Shown: piece by piece, positions 24,958-37,996 of the stretch
How the letters are laid out: every line of letters starts with the position of its first letter
How positions within the stretch are numbered: position 1 is the stretch's first letter
Assembly (NCBI RefSeq): GCF_052425735.1
Contig: NC_135769.1
Span: 17,484,001-17,548,000 of the forward strand
DNA from: Oculina patagonica
Lineage: Eukaryota
DNA: 64,000 nucleotides
Direction: 5' to 3'
Position numbers and translations under genes: made by a program
Notes under the pieces: model-generated
What the model saw: the letters and a program-made list of their open reading frames with translations, nothing else
What the model was told of the DNA's origin: nothing
Database searches by the model: none

Positions 24958-26398
24958 CGAGATCGCGAGAGGGTGTTTCTGTTTCCCGCCTGTGAATAGT
25001 CGAGCTTGTGGTGACGTAAGACGTAAACGTCACTGTCTTCTGCAAAGGCTTCCTTTGTTTTCTCGTCTGATTAAAGCGCTCCCTAGGGTGCAGATGATTT
25101 TATTTTTTAAAAAGATCGCGAAAAAAAATTCTAAAATTTTAAGCCTATCTGTCTGTCCATTTTGTTCCTGTTTAGTGCCGAGTTCTGTCACGCCCACTGT
25201 GGGCTGACTTATCAACATTACCTGGCACATGATCGTTGTTAACACACAACAACAATGTAATACTAGAGCGGACTAAAATTTTAGAAAGTTCAGAAAGGCC
25301 AACATAATAGCGCAGTTACATTAATATGCCGGAGTTTTCCCGGAGCGATCAATAAACACGCTCTGTATACGCGCAGGGTTCACCGCACTTCGGAAGCGTT
25401 TATGTTTTATGATTTTGGACTAATAACTTTTGGACCGCTTTTTTTTTAATTTCGGACAAAATTTTGTTACGATTTTAAACACCATATTTGAAATGATCAA
25501 TGTTTAAGATTGATTACGTGAACTAATTTTTCACTCTAACTGGTAAAAATTAAAATTCTTCCCATTGTTATGTTTTATTTCGAACTTATAATCATGACTC
25601 TCGGACCGCTTTCTTGTCATTTCCAATAGGACAAAATTCTGGCAAAATTTCAAACACTATTCGAACACCATGTTTATAATGAACTTTGTTAAAGGTTGAC
25701 AAAATGAATTGTAAAATTCTTTACCCCCCCCCCCCCCTACTGGTAATATCAAAATTCTACTCAGTGTTGAATCAGTAAATAACTCTACGAAGACATCGCG
25801 TGACAAATCAGAATTCCAACTGCACAGACAACTGAAGGCACTTGCATTTAATGGCATCCCCTAATTTTCGTGTTTTCTGAATCAAGAAAAAAATGATGTT
25901 TTTTTTTCATTTTAGAAATAGAGCTCAAGCAAGGATTTTTCCGCTGAAGAAGCCTGATTGATTTTCTGTACCGCAATGCGTTGTGAAGTGCAGACAGTTG
26001 TAGAACTGAGAATTGTTAATATTTTGAGTTATTTGCCATGTATGAGATCATGACTATCCTGTAGTATTTCAGTTCATATTGTGATCAGCAGTATACATCC
26101 TGTTTCTAAAAAGAACAACCGCAATGTTCGCTTTATCTTAATAGTAAGACAGTTGTTATTTTTTATGTACAAGCTTAGTTACAAGCGTATTTTGCCGCTG
26201 TGACTTGAGCGAATCAGACTTATCGTAATTTGTAATTCTATTATCTGCCTCTTTCAAAACATGTATAAGCTGAAGTTGGTGCTTTTAGTTCTTTGTCAAA
26301 GAATAAACAGTACATAGATCATATGGAGAGTTCGAATTAGCAATAAATTCGAGGATATTGTGACATACAACACTGTCGTGTCTTGGGTAAATGTCAAT

Positions 26399-26435
26399 AT
26401 GCAAATGTGTAATTTGATCAACGAGGGGAATCCCC
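26399..26435. promoter_or_regulatory. Octamer plus NF-kB module
   Basis: ATGCAAAT at 26399-26406 and GGGGAATCCCC at 26425-26435. About 850 bp 5' of copy 2 once the TE stack is removed. Confidence 0.5.
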
Positions 26436-27028
26436 GAACTATGACATCATTCAATGATAAGTTAAATAGTATTAAATTTCTTTACGAACATTTCTGCAGT
26501 TAGATCTCGCTAGGAAAACAAGGTTTCTCTAACATAACACGTTTCGGCATCTTGCCGAATAATCTGGCAGATATGTTTCTACCTGAAGACTTTTAGACAC
26601 AGTAAACTGTCATTACAGATATTACAACCTGTTTACTCGGCCCTGACTTCTAATTTGCATCGCTTTGTAAATCGTGCAGAAGTCTGTTTGTGAAGCAGAA
26701 TATGCTCAGCTTCTCTTTTTGCGTGGAAGAATTTAATTTGATCTACAGAAAAAACCATAGAGCGAACAAGAGACAACCTCACTAAATTATGTGGTAATCT
26801 TGTCGATGTGTTAGCGAGCGTTCGATGTCGGTTGATGCAGTATGTCGCGGAGATGTAAACTTCGCGTTTTCATTTGTCCTTTCGACTTCAATTTGGTTTC
26901 TGTAAAATTTCACTCTACACGGGTCGAATTTTTGCGGAATTTCTACGATATTTGTTGTGGTTGTGTCTCGAAGGCGATTTATCACGAGTGTTGATTTGCG
27001 CTCGTGCGATCAGACTGATTCGTCTTTA

Positions 27029-29963
27029 GGGACTGGTCAATAAGTATCAGGGGGGGTGGGCCGGAGCAATTGGAAAAGTGGTGGCTCAAAAATTTGTGAC
27101 CCACCCCTTCCGTCTGGCTCAAAACCGACTAACCCACCCCTGACAGGGGGTTGAAAATTACATGACCCACCCCCTTTGCTAAAAAAAAATCAAGGGACCT
27201 ATCATTTCTTTATCATCTGTTAGGGGTTGGAGATTTTTTATTTGACTTCAGCTTTTTAAGTGAAATTCCCTACATAGACATTTTCCCTGATGAACACTGC
27301 TGTTCCATGTACGTCTTTTTTCCATTTCTTGACACACCAAAGAAGGATGAATTTATCACTTCTCATACTAGCCTTTTGTAAGTTTTCCACATATTTGTGT
27401 GTTAAGTCCATGGGGAAATTTAGACACAAACATATGCAAAAAACTGAATCAGTATATGATATTAATTCATAATCAATTATATATTCAAGAGTTCATATTT
27501 TTATACAGAAATTAATAACATAAATAAAATACAACCACTGTCCATCATTCATATTTGCAAATTGTTTGAGAAATATATCTTATTAACCACGCGCGAGGGC
27601 CGTACTGGGCGAATATTAGCCCGAGGTCTTGACAGTACGGTCCCGAGCAAGCTTGGTTAATAAGAGATTTATTACACGACTAGAAACTTTGTGTAGTGGG
27701 AATTGCTACCCGGTAGATGTCGTGGAAAACAATGTGCGGCAGAACTTTTACGCTCGCTATTTATTTCTGTGTTTAAGGTCATTTCATTTTCAAAGCAATA
27801 AAAACTCCGAAAAAATCTTGCAAAAAAATCTAGCAAAAATATTGCGCTAAATCGCGAGGGAATTAGCGCGGGATCATCCGGGACAAAACCCGGTCCGATA
27901 CTTGGAAAATATCGGCCCTCGCGGGACCGGAAATTAAGTAATCTGATTGACTGATTTAGTTATTCAGGGCTCAAAATAATTTTTGGATACTGACCGGTCA
28001 TGTTGACCGGCCAAATCAATTTTTGCTCGGTCATGTCTCGTTTTTGACCGGTCAAAATATTGAGTATTTACTTTGAAGCAATAGCCTATTATGCCAAAAA
28101 TTTCGCCTCGTAAGCTAAAACACTTAAGGCTTAAGCTTAGATGTTTTGATCGCTAAAAGTGTCCTTTTATTATGTTCGCTTTTTGAATTTCCATTTCTTC
28201 TGCGTTCTACTCTACATAAAACAAAATGCTCAGTAGTCGTGTTATGTTACTCTGCATAGTTTTACATTAGTTAACGACTTACGGGTGGAGGCGATCTTGG
28301 TTGTAAGCACTTTACTGGTCTTTACTGCCGAACACTAAATAGTAATAGGACATATGCCCATGCTACAAGTGAGATAACTTTTCCTTTGCTCGGCATGTAG
28401 GAAGAAAGGAAACGCCAACGACATCATGTCAACTGTGGTCAGTAAAAAAGATTCACGTCCTCGGCTTTTAGATATCTTTCCTGTATCATGCGATACCAAC
28501 AAAATAACCGCCGAGAAAAGATTTCACATTCGTCCACAACGCTTAGCAAACAGGCCTTTCAGTAAGGGTGTGCCAGAAGTTTAACATGTCTTCAAGACTG
28601 CCAAGAGATTAGCGAGAAAGCCTACGTCACTTCGCATTTTAAAAATCATGAATCTCTCCACTAACTCTGATCTCTCCAAGTTTTAAACGTCGCCTACAAC
28701 AGAGAAGCCCGTTCTATGCGGTGCCTGATTGAGCTGCTGAAATATACTTACGGCAAAGTACTTTTAATCATAGATATCCGCGGAAGTAGCCTTACACAAG
28801 AAGACTTCGATAAAATTGGTGAGAAACACTCAAATGCCATGGCTAGAATAAAAGATATCGAGAGTTTTCGTTTCAATCTGTAGACGCCGGACGCGGAGAC
28901 CATTTTTTAAAATTATTTTGTACAGTAAGAGCAAACGTTTACCGGAACTCTCTTTGACAATTAAGTAGCACCACGTCTTAGGTGGTCAACATGGGGACAT
29001 GTTCAGTTGCGAAATAGGCACAATTTAAAGAAACATTGCTGGCTTAACATTTAAAGCATTTAATGATTTTATTATTTTGTTATGATCTTGCTGGTGAAAA
29101 ACACGCTACGAACTCGTACTTTCTAAAGGTGCATATAGTTTTTTAATCCACTAACGAGTGCTATTTTTCTCGGCGCGCCTGACAATTGAAACTGTAAAAT
29201 AGCAGACGTTGATTGATGCCATGTTCATTGTTGTCTGTTTAGCGTATTTACAGATGTGGATGTTTCCTGTTTTATTTAAGCAAACCGCTAACAAATCCGC
29301 AGAGCGTGACCGTCTCATCTGTATTCTACAAATTTGTGACTGCAAGCTGCTATGATATTTTATGATTTTACTGTAAAATTTCAAGAAATACTGCGAATAA
29401 ATTTTTTGTGTGTTATTTATTTGAAAGCGGTGTACGTGACCGGTCAAAATGACCGCCGAACCAAAATTTTGTCCGGACAAATCGTCATTTTGGCCGGACA
29501 TTGTCCGTTGACCGGCCGTTATTTTGAGCCCTGTTATTAGCCCTCGGACCACCTTAGTTGTGTAATAAAAGAGTTTACTGGTATTTAAAGGCCTAAAGCC
29601 CAGCGTGAATCTATGCAGGTTGAAGAGAGTCAGGTAAAACTAATGATATGATTACAAGCCATCTAGGGGGGTCAGGGGGTATGCTCCCCCGGGAAAATTT
29701 TATATTTGGGCCTTTTGAAATCGCTAGAAATTCATTTAAAACTGCTTACAGGGAGAAATTTATCAATTTTATATACTGATGAATACAACTTTTCTTGGAA
29801 CTATAACAGTTAAAAGTAAGTGAATAAATAAGATGACCCACCCCCTACGTGTAGATCAAAATTACATAACCCACCCCTTTTCGAGGGCTCAAAAACTGAT
29901 GACCCACCCCCTTTCTGCTCCGGCCCACCCCCCCCCCCCCCCCTGTACTTATTGACCAGTCCC
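27029..29963. mobile_element. PIF/Harbinger-type MITE carrying nested insertions
   Basis: TIR GGGACTGGTCAATAAGTA / TACTTATTGACCAGTCCC with TSD TTA. Absent from the mirror arm. Confidence 0.8.
27965..29533. mobile_element. Nested non-autonomous hAT-like element with 5-bp TSD (hAT5-like)
   Basis: TIR CAGGGCTCAAAATAA / TTATTTTGAGCCCTG, TSD TTATT, and repeated TGACCGG subterminal motifs. Confidence 0.75.
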
Positions 29964-30029
29964 TTAGTTCCGGTACGCACGAGTGATTGGCAGTTCAAAG
30001 GGGTTGTACTTTCATCCAATACGAAGTGC

Positions 30030-30060
30030 CCGGAAGTGCATTTCATTGGTTTTTATTTAT
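30030..30060 (+). promoter_or_regulatory. Proximal promoter module: ETS site, inverted CCAAT, TATA-like element
   Basis: CCGGAAGTG at 30030, ATTGG at 30045, TATTTAT at 30054. The ATTGG-N4-TATTTAT part recurs upstream of copies 5, 6, 7 and 9. Confidence 0.55.
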
Positions 30061-30215
30061 GCAAGTGTCAATCTCTTCATTTTCTGCGGTATGGTAATTT
30101 TTGGCCTCGGATCGGATGGCTTCTTTCATTCTTGCCTTCCGGCGGCGGATTTTATTAGCTACATATCAGTGCGTGGCTAGAACAGTGCGTGGCTTGCTAG
30201 ACAAACCTGGTAGAG

Positions 30216-30398
30216 ATGTTTTCTCGCGAAGAAATTTTGCGGAGTGCTATTTTTGCTGCCATCGGCGGAATACTCACAGTAGTAGTTTTGAAGTTATTGG
30301 AGAAAAAAGAAACAGCGGCGCGGAGAGAGATCAGAGGAGAGAATGATTTGAACGAAGCTGAGAAACAGCCTCAAGAACATGACGAGAGGTTTTGCTGA
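30216..30398 (+). CDS. PQEHDERFC microprotein, copy 2 (60 aa)
   Basis: MFSREEILRSAIFAAIGGILTVVVLKLLEKKETAARREIRGENDLNEAEKQPQEHDERFC*. Donor GTGAG at 30402, acceptor CCAG before 31097. Confidence 0.85.
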   Translation: MFSREEILRSAIFAAIGGILTVVVLKLLEKKETAARREIRGENDLNEAEKQPQEHDERFC

Positions 30399-32801
30399 GA
30401 GGTGAGGCCGCTTGTTCACATATTTAATCGAGCGCAATCGAGCGCAAATTATTTATTTTAAAAGTTTTAATTTACTTCAAACATCCGAGAAGACTTGCAT
30501 TATAGAATATGAACGCGACGACAAAAGTGGCGTCCCACAATCCACTGTTCAGTACTGCGTCGGTAAAATTTTCCTATTGCAGTCAAAATTTTTTTGTTTA
30601 TGTGCTAATCAGTGTTTATTACTTGATCTCTTTGTATTTATTTTATTTTTATGTATTGGTTATTCTTTTAAAAGAATTTTTACAATAATTATAAATCAGC
30701 ATTTTTGCATCTGTCATGCGACTGAATTTTCAATGAAAGAGTGTAGTGGGTAGCCCGACATTTATTTTACTTTGAGTGTCAATCAAGTGCGCAATAAAGC
30801 GTGACTTAAGCGATGACTGAAGCTTGTCACGCGATACAAAATGTACCACAACGAGTTGCATTGCACGCGAGCTCGCAGACTAGGGACAGAGAGGAAAGCA
30901 AAGGTAGATGTAGATCAATATCCTATGTGGCAGGCTTCTGATATACAAAACATCGAGCTCGCGATCACTCTATTCTTTCTGATAAGCTGGACTGCCTTTC
31001 GAATGAATATCATACGACCTTGAACAAGTATTATTTCTTTTCGTGAACTCTTTAGGCAAGGAACGAAAATGTTGATGTTTTCCGTTTTTATCCCAGGAAT
31101 AAACAGCACAAGCAAGAACTTACAGAAAGTACAGCCGACATTTAATTTATCGTTCAGACGTTAGTAATACCGGAATTACCACAACATGACTTTAGCCAGT
31201 GAAGTGTGATAGTAGTTATCGCGCAGAACATTGTAAATATATGTTTATAAACTGTTTTCCTTGTGCATTGGTTTTCACTGAACAATGTAAAATGCTTGTT
31301 TGTTACATAGAACGAGCAGTAATCACCACAAAAATGTGCTTGAAAATTACAATGCCTTTTTAAACAATCAAATAATTAACTAGGGACCTTCTAGCCTGCG
31401 TTGTAGACGAACAAAACTGGGGTTAAGTCCGTCTGCAACGCAGGCTAAGGACCTTCACGCAATACCGTATTTGAACAGTTTCTGTTGTTTACAGCTTCCG
31501 GTAATATTGTTGTGATGGAGCTGTTGTTGCTGTGTTTTTTCCTGTATATTTGCTACAAGCACTCTTGTTATTCATTATATACCGTGGAAGAGAACGGCAT
31601 TGTAATAAAACCGATACTTAAAAACTACTCTTGTAAATGACTTAGTACAGATGTTATTTTCAGTAACAAGCACTTTTGTAAATTCATCACAATGATATGT
31701 AGAGGAAGAACACGGTATTGTTACCCGAAACTTAAACTAGTCTTGTAAATAACTTAGGTAGTTTGGCAAACAGACTGAGATCCAACTGTTTTCTGGTTTT
31801 GACGACAAATTACAACCTTCTACGTTGACAAGGTCCAGTTGTTACTTGTGAGTTTAGCTGTGAATATCATACACTGCAATATATGTGTTTGCATGTCGTA
31901 TTTATTCCGGTTACTGATTATACACGAGTACCGCTCTTCCCAGTAGACATTGACACTGCTTGATGAAAAGTCTTCTCTAACACGAACATGAGAAAATATG
32001 AGGCGAGTAAAAAAGTTGGTGATGTGAAACTTTGCGGCATAAACAAAAAAAAAAAAATTTAACTTATAACGAGAACTTGAACCGTGACCTTCAAGTCCCT
32101 TGCCGTTTTATTCCTTAACAATACACTCGGTGCCGTGATAATTTTGATGAAAGCAGAAAGCTGGGCGTACAAATTACTGATTTTTTCTGTAAAAAAGGAT
32201 ACGTTTAAATTTGTCAACATTCATATTCCTCAGTGAGTTTCTTATTTTGATTTGTACATTTTTCAATGGACCGTTTTTATAGTGATCACTAGTACTCAAC
32301 CTTCTTCAAGAATAACAACCGAAATAATATGACTGTAATTTTCGCTTTTTTAATAGCAAGACAGTTGTTATTGTAAATGTAAAAGCGTATACATGTGTGT
32401 TTGTCGCTGGGACCCAAGCGAATCAGACTTGTCGTAATTTGTAATTCTCAAATCTGCTTTCTTTCAAAATTTGTATAAGCTGAAGTTGGAGTTTTTAGTT
32501 TTTTGTCAGAGCAAACTTTAAATAAATCGCAGTGAAGTTTGTTCGCGTGACTTGTATTCACTGAAGTGACGTGTTGTACATGTCCTTTTAAAGAGAAGGG
32601 CGACAAATGATCGCACTTACAAACAAAACGAAGACTTCTGTTATGAAACAGCTTCCAAAAAAGATTGTTACGAGAATTTCTGACCACTGTTTCGAAATGG
32701 GAGTGACTTGTTTATCAGTGAATTGAAATAAAAATACAAGTTCTAAAGGAAGTTTTAGCAATAAATTTCAGGATAGCGTGACTGTTGGATGTCAATTTTT
32801 T

Positions 32802-32839
32802 ATGCAAATACATAACTTCAGTCATCGAGGGGAATCCCC
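32802..32839. promoter_or_regulatory. Octamer plus NF-kB module upstream of copy 3
   Basis: ATGCAAAT at 32802-32809 and GGGGAATCCCC at 32829-32839. Confidence 0.5.
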
Positions 32840-33843
32840 GAATGTGACATAATTTCAATGAATGCTGTCAGATTTTACTGACGTTGCAGTGGTTTGGAGT
32901 CTCTTGGCTACATAACGCGTTCGGCATGTCGCCGAATAATCTGGCAGATATGTTTCTACGGGAAGAATTTTAGACACAGCTGTTGGCTTGACAAATATCA
33001 TCGCTTTTGCGAAGCAGAGGATTTTAAAAAAATATCAAGCTTTTTTGCCTTGTATTAAACAATTAACTAAAAAGACAGCGAACAAGAGAAAACTTCAATG
33101 ACTGTTTGATGTGGTATGTCGTGGAAATGCAAACTTTTCTGCTTGTAATTGAATTTCTGTAGGGAGTCATTCTAGGGGAGCCTTTTTGTTTCAGAATATT
33201 TACTATAAAAATTGCGATCTTGAAAGCGATACACCGTGACGAGTGTTGATTTGCGCTTGTGCGATCAGACTGCCCTTTCCCAAAACAAAGGTTACTTCGC
33301 TTGTTTACAAATCCGCGCAGGTCTACTCAGTCCGTCTTTCCCTTCAAAAGTCTTCAAGATCAAGAAAGAAACAACAAACAATACTGAGGTTTTTGATCAA
33401 ATAGAGAAATGAGGGAAGGTGATTTGTCTAATCAAATAAAAAATGTGCCTGTCACGGTAACGCGAGGCAAAAAAGGTGACGCGTGGGCACCCCGAACCAC
33501 CGCTCCGGCCCCGAACGCCCATGCATGCTTATTCAAATGTTTTTTGTAAAGAAAGTTTCTTTATTTACTCAATTTTTTTTGTTTACATCGTACTTCTCAT
33601 TTATTTCGAAATAAGTAAGTTAAAAAAGCTTTGTTGATGGGATCGACTGGTCTATTTCTGCATTTTCCTGCACTGAAAAGTCGTATTTCCGTTAGTGACT
33701 GCCTGATCAAACCGCACGCGCGCCGTCCAACGCAACAACATTTTGACATATTATGCGTGGTGGTTTCTAAGTCCGTATATTTTTCTACATCGGCTACATA
33801 TCGTTACAACAGTGCGTGGCATCCTTAATAAAACCTAACAGAG

Positions 33844-34029
33844 ATGTTTTCTCGCGAAGAAATTTTGCGGAGCGTTGTGTCCGCTGCAATCGGTGGAATA
33901 CTGGCAGTGGTGGTTTTGAAATTCTTGGAGAAGAATGAAGAACCAGCGGCGCGGAGAGAGATCAGAGGAGAGAATGATTTGAACGAGCCTCAGAAACATC
34001 CACAAGAACATGACGAGAGGTTTTGCTGA
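33844..34029 (+). CDS. PQEHDERFC microprotein, copy 3 (61 aa)
   Basis: MFSREEILRSVVSAAIGGILAVVVLKFLEKNEEPAARREIRGENDLNEPQKHPQEHDERFC*. Donor GTAAGT at 34041, acceptor before 34646. Confidence 0.85.
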   Translation: MFSREEILRSVVSAAIGGILAVVVLKFLEKNEEPAARREIRGENDLNEPQKHPQEHDERFC

Positions 34030-35787
34030 GCTGCTGAGACGTAAGTGCTCTTGTTCACTTGTTCACAGCTAACGAGTCGCTACAAGTTTTCAAAGTTTTG
34101 ATTTGCCTTATACGTCGGAGAAGAACGCGCGCTGCACAGTGCTGCGTAGGCTCCATTTCCGCCGCTCTTTCGAGTCATTTTCTCATTTTGATAAATTTGT
34201 ATTATGTACTGCACTGTAATATTATTTATGATTGAAGACAAGATTTCTGATGAGGTGGATTTTGTATTATGATTTTATAAAAACTACACTTAATCCGAAA
34301 ATCATATTTGCGCCATTTCGCGCGAGTGCGAGCGCTCAGCAAACAAAGTTCTTTGCCTCATGTTCATGAATACGGTTCGCTGGTTCCGGGTCCACAACAA
34401 AACCATGACCAAAAGGCGTCACGCGATACATGAACGTCGCGCGCATAATAAAGCCAGAAGAGACACGTCAGTGACAAACACATCCACGCGCGCTGTAAAA
34501 GCAGAGATAAATTCGGTAATATTATAACAATCTTGTTCAAGCCTTTATGGATACTGTATTAGAACGATCTTCGATCACGGATGAAAAAGAAAAACGTTTT
34601 GATATATCTGATATTAATGTTTGATGTTTTGTGTTTTGATTCCAGGAATATACATCGCAAGCAAGACCTTTAATACATCCGACATTTTTATAAAGTTCAA
34701 CCTTTGGACGTTAGATTTACCCGAATTTCCACAATACCTTTGACCACTGCTGGAGTGTTACAGCAGTTATTGCGAACAGTTTTAAAATATAAATATGTAA
34801 ATATCATATCTGTTTATTACCTTGTGCGTAGTTTTTCACTGAACCATGTAAAATGCTTGTTTTTGGTTTGATCAGAAGCATATATGATTCTGGTTTGATA
34901 CATGGCATGAACAGCAACTACCGAAAAAATGTGATTGTAAATTACTCTTTCTTCATCTTTCTTCGTGGCGTTTGGTCTGAATCGACCTTCTCGTAAAGTA
35001 TTTAGCACACTCCTTATGTTCTGGCTTTGGTTTTTGTTCGGTATACAGTAAATAGATCGCACTGTATATGCGCTGTTTTTATTATTAAAAGGATTTGCTC
35101 GACTAAAACCGCTAACTATCCTCTCTAGCAGTACATGGACACCGAAAAACTTGTATCGCTTTTGATGAGGAAACGGGGACTTACCTACCGCTAGTGGCTT
35201 CCAAACGAAGTTTTATTCCACTAAGATGAAGACCTTTTGAGCTCGACATCGTAAAATCTGACTTCTTTCCGTCAAAAGTTCGTTTTACCACAGCTGTTCT
35301 AAAAGTCTTTTCCTCAGATTCCGCAATAAGTTCATCTTAGCTGGAGTAACTAACGCGAAGCATAATAAAGATTCGAAGTTGATGTGTTTTTGCTGAAGAC
35401 GTTACACGATCATATTTATCTTCCTCTCACGTCCTCGATCCTCCGCAGAGACGAATACAACAAAAGCCTTTGCGAATGAGAGAGTCAATTGTCCACATTT
35501 CCACATCGACGACTGCATTTTTTAAGTTTGATCTTGTTTTGCATACTGATCGGTCTGAACTGCATTACGTCATCCTTTGTACTCCTCTTCCTAGCACTGC
35601 ATCGTTGGTCTGGTTGGTATAAATTTTAAACCAATCAAATTTCTTGTTTCTGACGGTTTTTCAATACTTTTATGCAAATTAAATGCAATGCATGGCCCAA
35701 TTTCGTTGAATGAACACCAAGCAACTGCCTGGCTTAAATTTTTCCATATAACACCGATTTACTCTTTATCTTGACAAACTTGCGGAA

Positions 35788-35967
35788 ATGTTTCCCTCTA
35801 AAGAATTTTGGCTGAGTGCATTTTTTGGTGCCATCGGAGGGATAATCTCTGTGTTGTTTTTAAAGTTCCTGGAGGATAAAGCAGCAACGCTGAGAGAGAC
35901 CGGAGGACCTGATGATTTGAACGGATCTCAGAAGTGCCCACAAGAGCACGACGAGAGGTTTTGCTAA
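35788..35967 (+). CDS. PQEHDERFC microprotein, copy 4 (59 aa; absent from the ORF track)
   Basis: Hand translation: MFPSKEFWLSAFFGAIGGIISVLFLKFLEDKAATLRETGGPDDLNGSQKCPQEHDERFC*. Donor GTAAGT at 35972, acceptor before 36793. Confidence 0.85.
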   Translation: MFPSKEFWLSAFFGAIGGIISVLFLKFLEDKAATLRETGGPDDLNGSQKCPQEHDERFC

Positions 35968-37429
35968 GCAAGTAAGTGCGCTTTGTGACATTGTTATGTT
36001 TTGCATACAAAGCAAGTCCGCTTTTCGACATTTATGTAAAAAAATCGCGAGGAAAGTTAATTCGTTCAAACGTTATGATGTCCCTCTAGCAGCTGATGAG
36101 AGTTTAGTCCGAGTAGGCATTTACGAGCAGTTCCCTTTTTTCCTAGGATATGTACTTGCGTTCAGCATCGTTTCTCATTTGTTTTAATAATTTTTACACA
36201 CGGTTCCTTTTTTAAATTGTAAATTAAATTTATTAACTTTGGTAAAGTTTCTATTTACAACATCCCGGGAAAGGCACACGGTGCTTTGTCTTCACGAAAC
36301 GGAAAATGTGCTTACCGAATGAAATTTTATGTTTAGCGCCAACACTGACGTCACGTGCGTCTAAAAATTGATTTCGCCGCATGAGCTGTCATTCGCGTTC
36401 GTAACGCAAGCATGACAAAACGCGTGACTTGGTGAATTCAATCCCATGTAGGTCCATGTACTATTCGTATTGTAGCTAGCGTTGTTTGCCGCGCGTGCTG
36501 AAGCGTGAGTGGCCTGAAGCCTTAAAAACGAGAGGAAATAGAGACAAAGGATGGAAGACTAGCGCCATTGTGGCATCACGCTGAAAAACATGTCCAGCTT
36601 CGTGGGCTACTAAAATATTGACCTGCATTTCGTTTGCGAAAACACATATGGAGTTCCTTTTGAATCGATATTGGGATATTGTACAACGATCATGCATGAC
36701 TAACTCACGGGTTTTCTTTCTTTTCGTAAATTTTGTAATTATGAAAACGTAGAATAATCCGTTTGATCTAATGTCGATGCTTTCCTTTTTAGAAACGGAC
36801 AGCTCAAGCAAGATCTTACAGCCAGCTTTTACTTTTGAAATCGTCTGGTTGACCACAGGAGTGTGACAGTAGTTTTCGCGGACAGTTTTAAAGCAGAGAA
36901 TTGTAAAAATAATATCTAACTGTTTACCTTTTTTTTTTGCTAAACCATGTAAGGATTCTATTGATCAAATATCGTGTACTGTTTTATTTTGTTACCGTGA
37001 CACCGGCGTTCAGGATAAAGCAGACTTATATAATAGATTTTAATTGTTGTTCGATTAAACAGCTAATAGATTGCAGTGAAATGTGTACAATTCACGCGAT
37101 TTGTTTTATTAAAAGGATGTATTCTAAAACAAATGCTGAAGCGACTTGGTATTCTTATTGTAACATGACCGCCGTTGTCAAAAGTGCAGCAGAAATAATC
37201 GCATTTTGAAGAGTGAATCGTAACTCATCGTTCGAAAGGTTTGTTCTCCCAACTTAAGGAAGCATGGTTGCTGTTCTTGCTGACTTTGCCCAATGGTAAA
37301 TGGATGGTGAAAACCAATCAAATAAACTGTCAATAATAAGCGAGCACGCCTGAAGGTAGAACAGACAAAGTTTTACCCGGAAGTGAGTTTGCTTGGTTTC
37401 TAATTATTCCCTTCGCCGCCAAGTGTATA

Positions 37430-37529
37430 TAGGCTCGATTTCCGCCGCCTCCTCGAGTCCGGTCTTTGTTGCTTTCGGGGGGAGGAGTGCGGGCTCATTT
37501 TCCCGAAAAGCGGCTGGAAATCGAGCCTA
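37430..37529. mobile_element. Tiny hAT-like MITE
   Basis: TIR TAGGCTCGATTTCC / GGAAATCGAGCCTA with flanks AGTGTATA / AGTGTATG (7 of 8 match). Confidence 0.6.
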
Positions 37530-37810
37530 AGTGTATGTGGCACTGCAGTGACTTGTCTGTTAGCTTTACGAGTGTCTGTCACTGTCACTGATCACGGAAC
37601 GGAACAAATATTACGCCATGCGTGAATTTCATTGGTTCCTATTTATTCCCGTGTAAAATTTTTCATTCAAATTTATTCCAAAATAAAAACATTCGTCCGA
37701 AGCCCGTGTTTACGTGTGTTGTGCGCTTCAGTTCGTATACGGTTCAGTCTCGCAGGCTTCGTTAAAAGAGTGCTTTAGAAGAGTGTTGTGCTAAACAAAA
37801 CCTAGCAGGG

Positions 37811-37996
37811 ATGTTTTCTCGCGAAGGAATTTTGCGCTCTACTGTCTTCGCTGCCATCGGTGGAATAGTAGCAGTGGTGGTTTTAAAGTTGTTGGAGAAG
37901 AATGAAGCAACAGGGGCGCAGAATGAGATGAGGGAAGAGGACGGTTTGAACGAAGCTAACAAGCGGCCTCAAGAACATGACGAGAGGTTTTGCTGA
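37811..37996 (+). CDS. PQEHDERFC microprotein, copy 5 (61 aa)
   Basis: MFSREGILRSTVFAAIGGIVAVVVLKLLEKNEATGAQNEMREEDGLNEANKRPQEHDERFC*. Donor GTGAGT at 38001, acceptor before 39040. Confidence 0.85.
   Translation: MFSREGILRSTVFAAIGGIVAVVVLKLLEKNEATGAQNEMREEDGLNEANKRPQEHDERFC

Noticed and set aside
30390-30401. Cys-TGA read as Cys-Sec (selenoprotein) or stop readthrough
   Set aside because: Five of 11 copies use TAA, and the residues after the stop are not conserved in sequence or phase.
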